The notes below the pieces were generated by a model. It ran no database searches, had not been told where the DNA came from, and saw nothing but the letters and a program-made list of their open reading frames with translations. The position numbers were made by a program, and so were the translations under genes. A DNA stretch of 64,000 bases. Origin: an uncultured bacterium (GTDB taxonomy: Bacteria > Planctomycetota > UBA1135 > GCA-002686595). This document shows, piece after piece, positions 49,456 to 57,872 of the stretch. The DNA lies in assembly GCA_943787795.1 (NCBI GenBank), contig CALSNU010000002.1:128001-192000 (forward strand), read 5' to 3'. Every line of letters begins with the position of its first letter. Within the stretch, counting starts at the first letter, position 1.

Positions 49456-49518
49456 CGTCGCCTGAGCTCACCAATCTCAGGTCGCTGGGTCCTCAGGTCG
49501 CTGGGGCCTCAGGCGACG
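49456..49518. repeat. 16-bp-period direct repeats plus an 11-bp inverted copy of the decarboxylase 3' end
   Basis: ctcaggtcgctggg at 49476 and 49492; ctcaggcgacg at 49508; cgtcgcctgag at 49456. Confidence 0.75.
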
Positions 49519-50903
49519 AGGGCCGCCCGGACGTCCTTGGCGATCATGCGGAGGCCCTCGAAGAGGCGGTCGAGCTCGGCCTCGTCCGCCTGTGCGTTGA
49601 CCAGGGCCAGCCGGACCACGGCCTCGCCGTCGACCATCGCATATCCGACCATGGCGAGGCCGCGCTCGGTCAACTCGGCGCAGAGGTCCTCGGCTCGGAT
49701 GCCGTCCACGCGAAAGCAGACGGTCAGGAACTCGGGGTCCCTCACGAGGTGCAGGTCGGACGCCTTCTGGACCAACCGCGCAGCGTGCAGGGCAAGCCGC
49801 CGCAGGCGAGCGACGCGTCCCGCCATGCCCTGATTCCCGAGCGACTGCCACAGGGTCCAGAGCTTGAGGGCGTCATTGCGGCGACCACACTGCAGGGAGC
49901 GCGTCCCCGGGTTCAGCTCCTCCTCGTCTCCCTGGAAGAGGTAGCTGGCGTTCTCGTCGAGGCTGGCGGAGAGCAGCCCGCGCTCGCGCACCAGGACCAC
50001 TGAACAGGAGAGCTGGGCGCCCATCACCTTGTGAGCGTCCCATGCCACAGAGTCCGCGCGCTCGCACCCCGCGAGGAGGTGCGCCTGATCCGGATCGAGC
50101 ACCGCGGAGCCGCCGAAGGCGCCGTCGACGTGGAGCCAGAGGCCCCGCCTCTCGCACACATCGGCGATCTCCTCGAGGGAGTCGAAGGCGCCGAGCACGG
50201 TCGTCCCGGCGGTGGCGTTGACCATCATGGGCTGATATCCCTTCGCGAGATCAGCGCAGATGACGGCGTCGAGAGCCACCGGATCCATGCGGCCGCGCTC
50301 GTCCACCGGGACGCGGACGAGGTTCTCTAGCCCGATCCCGATCAGACCGACGGCCTTGGTCACCGAGTAGTGGCTCTGACTGGAGGTGTAGACCCTCAGG
50401 CGCCGGCCGCCGACGCCCTCCTCGCGTGCCCGCGGGCGAGCGCGGTCACGGGCCAGGAGCAAGCCGGTCAGGTTGGACAGCGACCCACCCGGAGTGAAGA
50501 CGCCATCGGCGTGCTCGAATCCGATTCGGCGGCCCATCTGGCGCAGGAGCTCGAGCTCGACCAGCACCTGTGCGCCACCCACCTTGTAGGTGTACATCGA
50601 GCTGTTCAGCGCGGACGCCACCACCTCGCCGAGCAGCGACGCCGGCTCACGGCCGCCATAGAGCTGGTTGAAGAAGCTCCCCGACGCGGTGATCGGCGTG
50701 TGCCGGACGAGCTTGCGGAGGCGCTCGCCGACCTCCTTCAGCTCGAGCCCTTCTTCGGGGACCTCCAGATCCAGGAGCTGTCGCAGCTCCGCTGGGTCCT
50801 CGCGCGGCAGGACTCGCTCTCGAGTCTCCTGGTCGCTGCGCTCCAGCAGGATCTGGGTGAAAAGGTCGGCGACGTCTTCGAGCGGGGCGCTTTCGAGTGC
50901 CAT
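49509..50903 (-). CDS. Group II PLP-dependent decarboxylase, CSAD/GADL1-like
   Basis: FFNQLYGG, NSSMYTY, PGGSLSN, SHYS, TAGTTVLGAFD, WLHVDGAFGG, WDAHK, QCGR; start at ATG 50903. Confidence 0.93.
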   Translation of the reverse strand: MALESAPLEDVADLFTQILLERSDQETRERVLPREDPAELRQLLDLEVPEEGLELKEVGERLRKLVRHTPITASGSFFNQLYGGREPASLLGEVVASALNSSMYTYKVGGAQVLVELELLRQMGRRIGFEHADGVFTPGGSLSNLTGLLLARDRARPRAREEGVGGRRLRVYTSSQSHYSVTKAVGLIGIGLENLVRVPVDERGRMDPVALDAVICADLAKGYQPMMVNATAGTTVLGAFDSLEEIADVCERRGLWLHVDGAFGGSAVLDPDQAHLLAGCERADSVAWDAHKVMGAQLSCSVVLVRERGLLSASLDENASYLFQGDEEELNPGTRSLQCGRRNDALKLWTLWQSLGNQGMAGRVARLRRLALHAARLVQKASDLHLVRDPEFLTVCFRVDGIRAEDLCAELTERGLAMVGYAMVDGEAVVRLALVNAQADEAELDRLFEGLRMIAKDVRAALVA

Positions 50904-51152
50904 AACACCAAGGAGAGCTGGACGGCGGGCGGGGAGGCGCCTCGGGAGTAATGGCCGCTTCCGATCCTTGGAAGGGCAGGTTATCAGGTCCTGCCCCCAT
51001 GTCCAGTGGGGCAGGATGTATCGGGCCAGCCCCCCCACGACACGGCGTGCGATCGCGTGAGTAAGAGGAGGGTTGGCGCTCGGAGAGGGGCCTGACGTTG
51101 GTTCGCATCGGCACGACCCCCTCAACCTCAAGCGCAGCTCGCTCGAATCCAC

Positions 51153-52703
51153 ATGACGCCTGAACTCGCCATGAAGCTCCTGGCGGTCGGACTCTACGCC
51201 GCCGTCCTGATCGTGATCGGTTACCTCGCCTCCAAGCGTGTGAAGACGATCCGCGACTACTTCGCCTCCGGCAAGACCCTCGGGTTCTTCAACGTGGCCT
51301 TCTCTGCCCGCGCGACCGGGGAGAGCGCCTGGCTCCTCCTCGGGCTGACCGGGATGGGGTTTGCGGTTGGTGTACAGGCCTTCTGGGTCGTCCTCGGCGA
51401 GGTGCTTGGGGTCTGCGGCGCGTGGATGCTCATGGCCCGCCGCTTCAAGCGCCTGACCGACCGCTATGACTCCATCACCGTCCCGGACTACCTGGAGAGC
51501 CGCCTGCGCGACTCGGGTCACACGCTCCGACTGATCGCCGCCTTCGCGCTGGTGGTCTTTGTCCCGATCTACGCCGGCGCACAGGTCTTCGCCACCGGCA
51601 CCGCCTTCCACGCCTTCCTCGGCTGGAACCACTATGCCGGGGCCACGGTCGGCTTCGCGGTGGTCTTGCTCTACATCACCCAGGGCGGGTTCACCGCCGT
51701 GGTCTGGTCGGATGTCTTCCAGGGGAGCCTGATGGTGATCGGCCTCGTGGCCCTGCCCCTGGTCGCGCTCGCCCACGCAGGCGGATGGACCGAGATCGAG
51801 GCGGCCCTTCAGGCCATCGACCCGCACCTCTTGGCCTGGCATGGCCCCGGCGAAGACGGGCCGAGCAGCGGCACCTGGAATACGGCGAGCATCGTGACCG
51901 TCGTCGGCATGGCCGCGATTGGAATCGGCTTCCTGGGCTCGCCCCAGGTGTTCGTGCGCTACATCTCGATGAAAGACGAGAAGCAGATCCTGCCGGGCAC
52001 GATCACAGCGGGCGCCTGGACAATCCTCGCGGACTCCGGGGCCGTCCTGGTGGGCCTCTTCGGGCGCGCGCTCTACGAGCCGGCGGCGCTGGGCGGGAAC
52101 CCCGACAACATCCTGCCGGAGATGGCTCAGGGCCTGCTCCCCGCGTTCTTCGCGGGCCTCTTCATCGCGATGGTCCTCAGCGCCATCATGTCCACCATCG
52201 ACTCGCTGCTCCTCGTGGCCTCGAGCGCCGCCGTGCGCGACTACTGGCAGAAGTCGAAGAACCCGGGCATGGCCGACGAGCGCCTCATGAGCCTGACGCG
52301 CAAGGTCACCCTGGGGCTGTCCCTGGTCTCCTTCCTGATCGGCATCGGGATCATCATGGTCGACAGGGAGAACGGCGTCTTCTGGACCATCATCTTCGGC
52401 TGGTCGGGTATCGCCGCCACGTTCTGCCCGACCGTCATCCTGAGCCTCTGCTGGTCCCGCCTCACCGCGCTGGGCGCGAAGTGCGCCATGATCGCGGGCT
52501 TCGTGGGAGTGCCCGTCTTCAAGTGGCTCGTCCCCGCGCTGCTCGACCGCGCGGAGCTGCAAGAGTGGTCGGGATACCTCGCGTCCCTGGACGTGCTCCT
52601 CCCGTCCTTCGCCCTTGGCTTCATCGTCGCCATCGCGGTCAGCCTCTGTGACCGCAGCGGACAGGCACAGGTCGCGGGCGCGCTCGAGGAGCTCCGCGGG
52701 TGA
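51153..52703 (+). CDS. Sodium:solute symporter (PutP-like)
   Basis: SARATGESAWLLLGL, TVPDYLESR, GGFTAVVWSD, GFLGSPQ, SAIMSTIDS. Confidence 0.93.
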   Translation: MTPELAMKLLAVGLYAAVLIVIGYLASKRVKTIRDYFASGKTLGFFNVAFSARATGESAWLLLGLTGMGFAVGVQAFWVVLGEVLGVCGAWMLMARRFKRLTDRYDSITVPDYLESRLRDSGHTLRLIAAFALVVFVPIYAGAQVFATGTAFHAFLGWNHYAGATVGFAVVLLYITQGGFTAVVWSDVFQGSLMVIGLVALPLVALAHAGGWTEIEAALQAIDPHLLAWHGPGEDGPSSGTWNTASIVTVVGMAAIGIGFLGSPQVFVRYISMKDEKQILPGTITAGAWTILADSGAVLVGLFGRALYEPAALGGNPDNILPEMAQGLLPAFFAGLFIAMVLSAIMSTIDSLLLVASSAAVRDYWQKSKNPGMADERLMSLTRKVTLGLSLVSFLIGIGIIMVDRENGVFWTIIFGWSGIAATFCPTVILSLCWSRLTALGAKCAMIAGFVGVPVFKWLVPALLDRAELQEWSGYLASLDVLLPSFALGFIVAIAVSLCDRSGQAQVAGALEELRG

Positions 52704-52855
52704 CAGCGACCTCGCTCCCCTGAAGGGGCGCCCGGCCCAGCGATCCGCTCGGAGCCGGGGTCTCAGCGGAGCGGCCTGGGAGTAGGAGTGGCGAGCCAGC
52801 TCCTTCCCAGCGCCCGCGTACTCCGAGGCGCGGCCGCCTTGAGCGTGCACCGCGC

Positions 52856-53698
52856 CTAGCGGAAGAGCAGCAGCGGCGCGTGGCAGCGCTGCATCATCTG
52901 GGTGGTGGTACTGCCGACGATGAATCGTCGCAGGGGAGAGTGGCCATAGGCGCCCATGACCACCAGGCCCACGTTGGACTCGGCGACGAAGGCGGGGATG
53001 GCCTCGTCCGGCGCCGCGTCCAGGTGGCGAGCGTGGGCCTGGGGCAGGTGCCCCTTCGCCCAGGCGAGCTGCTCGGCCTCGTCCGACGAGTGCCGCCCGG
53101 CCATCACGATGTCGATCTCAAGGCCGCTGAACAGCGGGGAACGGCCGGCAAACTCGATGGCCTTTCGGGAGCTCGCGCCCCCGTCAAAGGCGATGAGTGC
53201 CCGCTCGGGAGTGCTGAACTCACGGGACGCCATCAAGACGGGTCGAATGCTCTCGCGGATCACGCGCTCGACGCGGCTCCCGAGGTGGTTGGTGGCGAAC
53301 TGTGAGGAGGCCCCCCGCTTCCCGAGGATCACCACGTCTGCGTCAGCCTCTCGCTCAATGATCGTCTCGACGGTTCCCCCGTGGCGATGGGTGGTCTCCA
53401 CGGCCACCACGCCGGCCTCCAGCAGGTGCTCCCGCGCAGCAGCGAGCATGATCTTGCCCCGCTCCCGGGCGTGCTTGGCCTCGGCCTCCTCGATCTGGAC
53501 CAGCTCCTCGAGGAGCGAGCTCTTGGCCCCCAGCCCCACCGCGCCGCTGAGGTCATGCCGTGCGGAGACCGCGTCCTTGCGCTGGATGACGTGCAGGATC
53601 TCCACCGACGCCTCCAAGCGGCCGGCCGCCCAGGCGGCGTGCTCCGTGACGCTCGCGGAGTAGGACGAGGCGTCGATGCAGGCGAGGATCTTCTTCAT
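52856..53698 (-). CDS. Tandem universal stress protein
   Basis: ILACIDAS, LGKRG, LGSRVERV, AFDGG, MGAYGHS...VGSTT. Confidence 0.93.
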   Translation of the reverse strand: MKKILACIDASSYSASVTEHAAWAAGRLEASVEILHVIQRKDAVSARHDLSGAVGLGAKSSLLEELVQIEEAEAKHARERGKIMLAAAREHLLEAGVVAVETTHRHGGTVETIIEREADADVVILGKRGASSQFATNHLGSRVERVIRESIRPVLMASREFSTPERALIAFDGGASSRKAIEFAGRSPLFSGLEIDIVMAGRHSSDEAEQLAWAKGHLPQAHARHLDAAPDEAIPAFVAESNVGLVVMGAYGHSPLRRFIVGSTTTQMMQRCHAPLLLFR

Positions 53699-53741
53699 GT
53701 GGAGGGGAACGGTGGAGGGGAGCCCGGCGGCGAGCTCCGGT

Positions 53742-55226
53742 TCAGTGTGCGGCAAGGGGAGCGTCGCTGGCCAGCTTGTCGTGCTCCGCGAACTGATCAA
53801 TCATGGTCGCGCTCGCCTCCGAGAGGCCCACGAGCTCCACCGTGGTGCCCTCGCGTCGGAACTTGACCACCACTCGGTCCAGCGCCGCGACGGCAGAGAT
53901 GTCCCAGAAGTGAGCCTCGCTGACGTCGATCTCGACGTGCTCGACGACCTCCTTGAAGTCGAAGGCGTTGATGAAGCGCTCCACCGAGGCGAAGAAGACC
54001 TGGCCCTGGACGATGTAGCGACGGCCCAGGCCGTCCAGGGTCGGCCGCGTCTTGACCCCGAAGAGCCGCCGGACCTTGCTGGCGAAGAACACCCCGCTGA
54101 GCAGGACACCGACGAGCACGCCCTGGGCGAGGTCATGGGTCCAGACCACGACCACCACGGTCGAGACCATCACGATCGAGGAGTGCGAAGGATGGCTCCG
54201 CAGCTTCTTGATCGAGGTCCAGCTGAAGGTACCCACGGACACCATGATCATCACCGCCACCAGCGCTGGCATCGGGATGCGGGCCACGAAGGGACCCAGG
54301 ACCACGATCAGGAACAGCAGGACGCTACCGGCGACGAGGGTGGAGAGCCGGGTGAATCCACCTGACTTCACGTTGATGACGGACTGGCCGATCATTGCGC
54401 AGCCGCCCATCCCGCCGAAGAAGCCCGTCACGAAGTTGGCGACCCCCTGCCCCATGGCCTCCCGGCGCTTGTTGCTCGGCGTGTCCGTGAGGTCGTCCAC
54501 GATCTGTGCCGTCAAGAGAGACTCGAGCAGCCCCACCGCGGCCATCGTGGCCGAGTACGGCAGCACGATCCGCAGCGTCTCGAGGGTGAAGGGCACCGAC
54601 GGGAGGGCGAACCAGGGCAGCGCCGAGGGCAGCTCCCCCATGTCGCCCACCCGGTTGACCGGGAGGTCGAAGCCGATGGCCACGGCCGTGAGCGCGACGA
54701 TCGCCACCAGGGGCGAGGGGATCGCGCGGGTCAAGAGCGGAAAGAGGTAGATGACGCCGAGGCCCGCAGCCACGAGCGCATAGGTCACCCACGTCACCCC
54801 CGTCAGCTCGGGGACCTGGGCCAGGAAGATCAGGATCGCGAGGGCATTGACGAAGCCGGTGATCACCGACCGCGACACGAATTGCATCAAGCGGTTGATC
54901 TTCAGCAGCCCCGCCGCGATCTGGATCAACCCCATCACGACCGTCGCGGCGAACAGATACTCCACGCCGTGGTCCCGCACGAGCGGCCCGATCAGCACCG
55001 CGATCGCCGCGGTGGCGGCCGAGATCATGCCCGGACGTCCGCCCACGAAGGCCGCCAGGACCGCGATGGTGAATGACGCGTAGAGGCCCACCTGCGGGTC
55101 CACACCCGCGATGACGGAGAAGCCAATGGCCTCGGGAATGAGCGCGAGCGCGACGACGATGCCCGCGAGCACATCGCCCCGGACGTTGGAGAGCCAGTCG
55201 CGGCGAAGCGACGTAGTGGTGATCAT
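53742..55226 (-). CDS. SulP family anion transporter with STAS domain
   Basis: [52 protein letters not shown]; start at ATG 55226. Confidence 0.95.
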   Translation of the reverse strand: MITTTSLRRDWLSNVRGDVLAGIVVALALIPEAIGFSVIAGVDPQVGLYASFTIAVLAAFVGGRPGMISAATAAIAVLIGPLVRDHGVEYLFAATVVMGLIQIAAGLLKINRLMQFVSRSVITGFVNALAILIFLAQVPELTGVTWVTYALVAAGLGVIYLFPLLTRAIPSPLVAIVALTAVAIGFDLPVNRVGDMGELPSALPWFALPSVPFTLETLRIVLPYSATMAAVGLLESLLTAQIVDDLTDTPSNKRREAMGQGVANFVTGFFGGMGGCAMIGQSVINVKSGGFTRLSTLVAGSVLLFLIVVLGPFVARIPMPALVAVMIMVSVGTFSWTSIKKLRSHPSHSSIVMVSTVVVVVWTHDLAQGVLVGVLLSGVFFASKVRRLFGVKTRPTLDGLGRRYIVQGQVFFASVERFINAFDFKEVVEHVEIDVSEAHFWDISAVAALDRVVVKFRREGTTVELVGLSEASATMIDQFAEHDKLASDAPLAAH

Positions 55227-55468
55227 CGGATCGGGGCAAGCGCCCACAAAACAGCGGCGCGCCGCCCCCGGGGACATCCCCCAGGCCGTGCCCGCCGCGA
55301 AAAAGCGCGGGGAGACTACGCGCGCGGCATCCCGGCCCGGGCCAGCAATCCGGTGGAACTGCGCGCTGCGGCAGCGCTGATCGAGAACGGGACCGGGCAC
55401 ATCGGAGCCCAAGCTCGGGAGCTGAACGGACTCCCTCGGTGGAGACTCACTCGCAGGAGAGGCCCGCT

Positions 55469-55546
55469 CAGCGGCCCTATTCACCGCTCCCATTCAGCGG
55501 CCCCATTCAGCGGCCCCATTTGCTGGCCCCATTTGCTGGCCCCACT
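55469..55546. repeat. 13-bp tandem repeat x6 (cagcggccccatt drifting to tgctggccccatt)
   Basis: Units at 55469, 55482, 55495, 55508, 55521 and 55534. Confidence 0.9.
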
Positions 55547-55668
55547 CACCGGTCCGAGACCGAGGGCCGCTTCGAACCCATCCTGGGGGACTCCGCAGCG
55601 CGTTCCCGAGGGAGGCCCGGTCAGCGGGTCGGCGGGCCCAAGCCGTGCCTGGCCTGATGAATAGCCGC

Positions 55669-55697
55669 GGGGCGAGCACCGCAAAGGCGCTCGCCCC
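55669..55697. terminator. Hairpin downstream of the 55775 gene
   Basis: ggggcgagc...gctcgcccc 9-bp stem. Confidence 0.45.
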
Positions 55698-55774
55698 GTC
55701 CAGGCGGTATCAGCCGCTCAGCCGGTTCCCGCTCGCACCCCGAAGAGGCGCGAGGGGTCGGGCTCGAGGTTGGC

Positions 55775-56755
55775 TCACTGGAACATGATCTCGTAGCCGT
55801 CCGTGAAGTTGCTCGTCGCCGTCCCGGCCACAGCGTCCCGGTACCACGCCTGGAAGCTCCAGGTCTCGCCCGCCGACACGGCGACGAACCCGTTGGGTTG
55901 CGGGATCTGGGTGTTGTCAGCGGCGAGGGAGATCTCACCCGTCGCACCCGAGTTCTGGATCTGGCCAGCGCCGACGTAGCGGCCGATCGATCCGCCAAGG
56001 CAGAGGTTGCCCTGGCTCCCCCCCGGGTTTGCAACCGCACCCTGGGTCAGGGACGTCAGAAAGAAGCCGAACGAGTTCAACGGGAGGTCGCTCGCCTCGA
56101 GGACCAGGTCGTTGCTCGCCACAGAGTTGGAGCCTGAGGCGCTCATGGTCCCGGCGACTCCGGTCGAGTTCACCACCGCCGTGCAGTAGTTGGTCCCGAC
56201 GCTCGGCGCCGACCCCGTGCAGAACGATCCGTTCCAGACTCGCGGGGTGAACACGCTCCCCCCGACGAAGGGGGCCGAGCAGCTCGACCCCAGCTCGATG
56301 GTCATGTTGCCGTCCGTGAAGAGCTGGTTGGCTCCGGTGCCGTTGGTGTAGGGGTTGCCTCCAACGGTGTAGACGATGGCGACGCCCGCGACACCGCCAG
56401 GCATGAAGTCAAAGGGTGCGACGAGCGGCACAGGCGTCGGAGTGCCCTGGCCCGCGGCCAGCGCGGTGCCGTCTCCCTGGGCGACCAGGGTCCATCCCGT
56501 CGGGTCCTGCTCGAAGCCGGCATAGCTCCCTGATCGGGTCCACACCTCCAGGTTGACCGGCGACCCGGCCGCCACGTTGAAGTTGGCCTCGAGGCTCACA
56601 ACCGTGGTCGGGTTGAGCACCGTGACATCCATGTAGTTGGCCCAGCCGGTGGCACCGCCGTTGTTACTGACGAAGGTGGTCTCGAGGCAGGTCTGGGCGC
56701 TGGACGCTGCGCTGCAAAGCACAGCGGCGGAGATCGAGAGGAGCAGTCGCTTCAT
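55775..56755 (-). CDS. Secreted protein with shared C-terminal module
   Basis: Signal MKRLLLSISAAVLCSAASSA; GTNYC..NSTG...GSQGNLCLGGSIGRY...FQAWYRD...SNFTDG. Confidence 0.9.
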   Translation of the reverse strand: MKRLLLSISAAVLCSAASSAQTCLETTFVSNNGGATGWANYMDVTVLNPTTVVSLEANFNVAAGSPVNLEVWTRSGSYAGFEQDPTGWTLVAQGDGTALAAGQGTPTPVPLVAPFDFMPGGVAGVAIVYTVGGNPYTNGTGANQLFTDGNMTIELGSSCSAPFVGGSVFTPRVWNGSFCTGSAPSVGTNYCTAVVNSTGVAGTMSASGSNSVASNDLVLEASDLPLNSFGFFLTSLTQGAVANPGGSQGNLCLGGSIGRYVGAGQIQNSGATGEISLAADNTQIPQPNGFVAVSAGETWSFQAWYRDAVAGTATSNFTDGYEIMFQ

Positions 56756-57086
56756 GATTGGATAGACAGGTTGGGGTAAGGAAGACTCGTTTCACCACTC
56801 TAGGTACTTCCCACCACCTCGCTCGCTGGGCGGGCAACGAACCCGCAGCGATCGCTGCTCAGGCTCCTCAGAGCAGCTAACGCGGCGTGCTCACTGCCGC
56901 TGACCGGGGTCTTGATTCGGAGCACCCGCTGCCGGCTGAGTCCCCCGCTCGGGCCCTTGAAGGCCTTTGCATTCCGTTCCTGGCGAATTCCGGACGGGGG
57001 GGTACCGAGCCCCATGAGACTCGGAGTCCTGGGCGGTCGGATCCGTCACCTCGGTCGCGGGAGCAGCGTCATGACCCCGCGATCCG

Positions 57087-57710
57087 ATGACCCGAGCCCA
57101 GCAATTCCAGGACCACCTCTTCACGGAGCTTGCGTTCCGCGCGCGACACCTCAGCCCCCTGCGCCGGCTGTATCGCCAGATGCTCTCCGACTGCCTGGGA
57201 GAGCAGTTCTCGTTTCATGCCTCCCCAGGCCTGCACGCCAACATGACCTGGCACTACGCGACGAGCCCGCCCACGCTCGCCGCGTTTCATCGGTGCCTGA
57301 CGGACAGCGATCTCGGCGAGAGCCTCTCCATCGTCCACGGTGATTCAAGACTCCTCGCGGCCTGCTTTGTCGTCGTCGAGGGCGACACCCCTGTCCTCGA
57401 CTATCACGTCGACTACGGACAGGCCGAGATCCCTGCGGGCGTCACGGGGACCATGCTGACTCCCCTCATCGCCTTCGAACCGCCGTTTGGCCACCTCGAC
57501 TGCCGAGACGGCACGCGCGACTTCGAGTACCGCTACAAGGTCGGCGACGCGATCCTCTTCGACGGCAAGTTCGAACACCGATCACAGGCAGCTGGATCCG
57601 TCGCCAATCAGGCGCGGGTCCTGGTCTCCTGGAGCATCGCGACCGAGGACACCCGGTACAGCTTTGCCATCAAGCGGGTCATCGACAGTCAGATGCCCCC
57701 CCTCGACTGA
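57087..57710 (+). CDS. Hypothetical protein, 2OG-Fe(II) oxygenase-like double-stranded beta-helix
   Basis: YHVDY...YKVGDAILFDGKFEHRS...RVLVSW (HxD...H...R). Confidence 0.65.
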   Translation: MTRAQQFQDHLFTELAFRARHLSPLRRLYRQMLSDCLGEQFSFHASPGLHANMTWHYATSPPTLAAFHRCLTDSDLGESLSIVHGDSRLLAACFVVVEGDTPVLDYHVDYGQAEIPAGVTGTMLTPLIAFEPPFGHLDCRDGTRDFEYRYKVGDAILFDGKFEHRSQAAGSVANQARVLVSWSIATEDTRYSFAIKRVIDSQMPPLD

Positions 57711-57807
57711 TCCTGAATCGGCGGCCGCCGCGGCCAGGCGCCGCTCCGATGGGGCCTCCCTCCGCAAAACGAGACCAGCCCCTCGAGCGCGGCGAGAGCC
57801 GCGCCCA

Positions 57808-57840
57808 GAGAGGACGCGGAGAGGACGCGGAGAGGACGCG
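57808..57840. repeat. 11-bp tandem repeat x3 (gagaggacgcg) between convergent genes
   Basis: Exact copies at 57808, 57819 and 57830. Confidence 0.9.
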
Positions 57841-57872
57841 CCCGCGCAATGAATCATCCCCCGTCCCCTCGC

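Noticed and set aside
49509..52850. 1113-aa ORF in the ORF track
   Set aside because: Only the last ~464 aa are the decarboxylase. The extension is the stop-free antisense shadow of the symporter gene, common at high GC.
55227..55460. Structured RNA leader (sul1-like) upstream of sulP
   Set aside because: I could not match a consensus by eye. An Infernal search would be needed.
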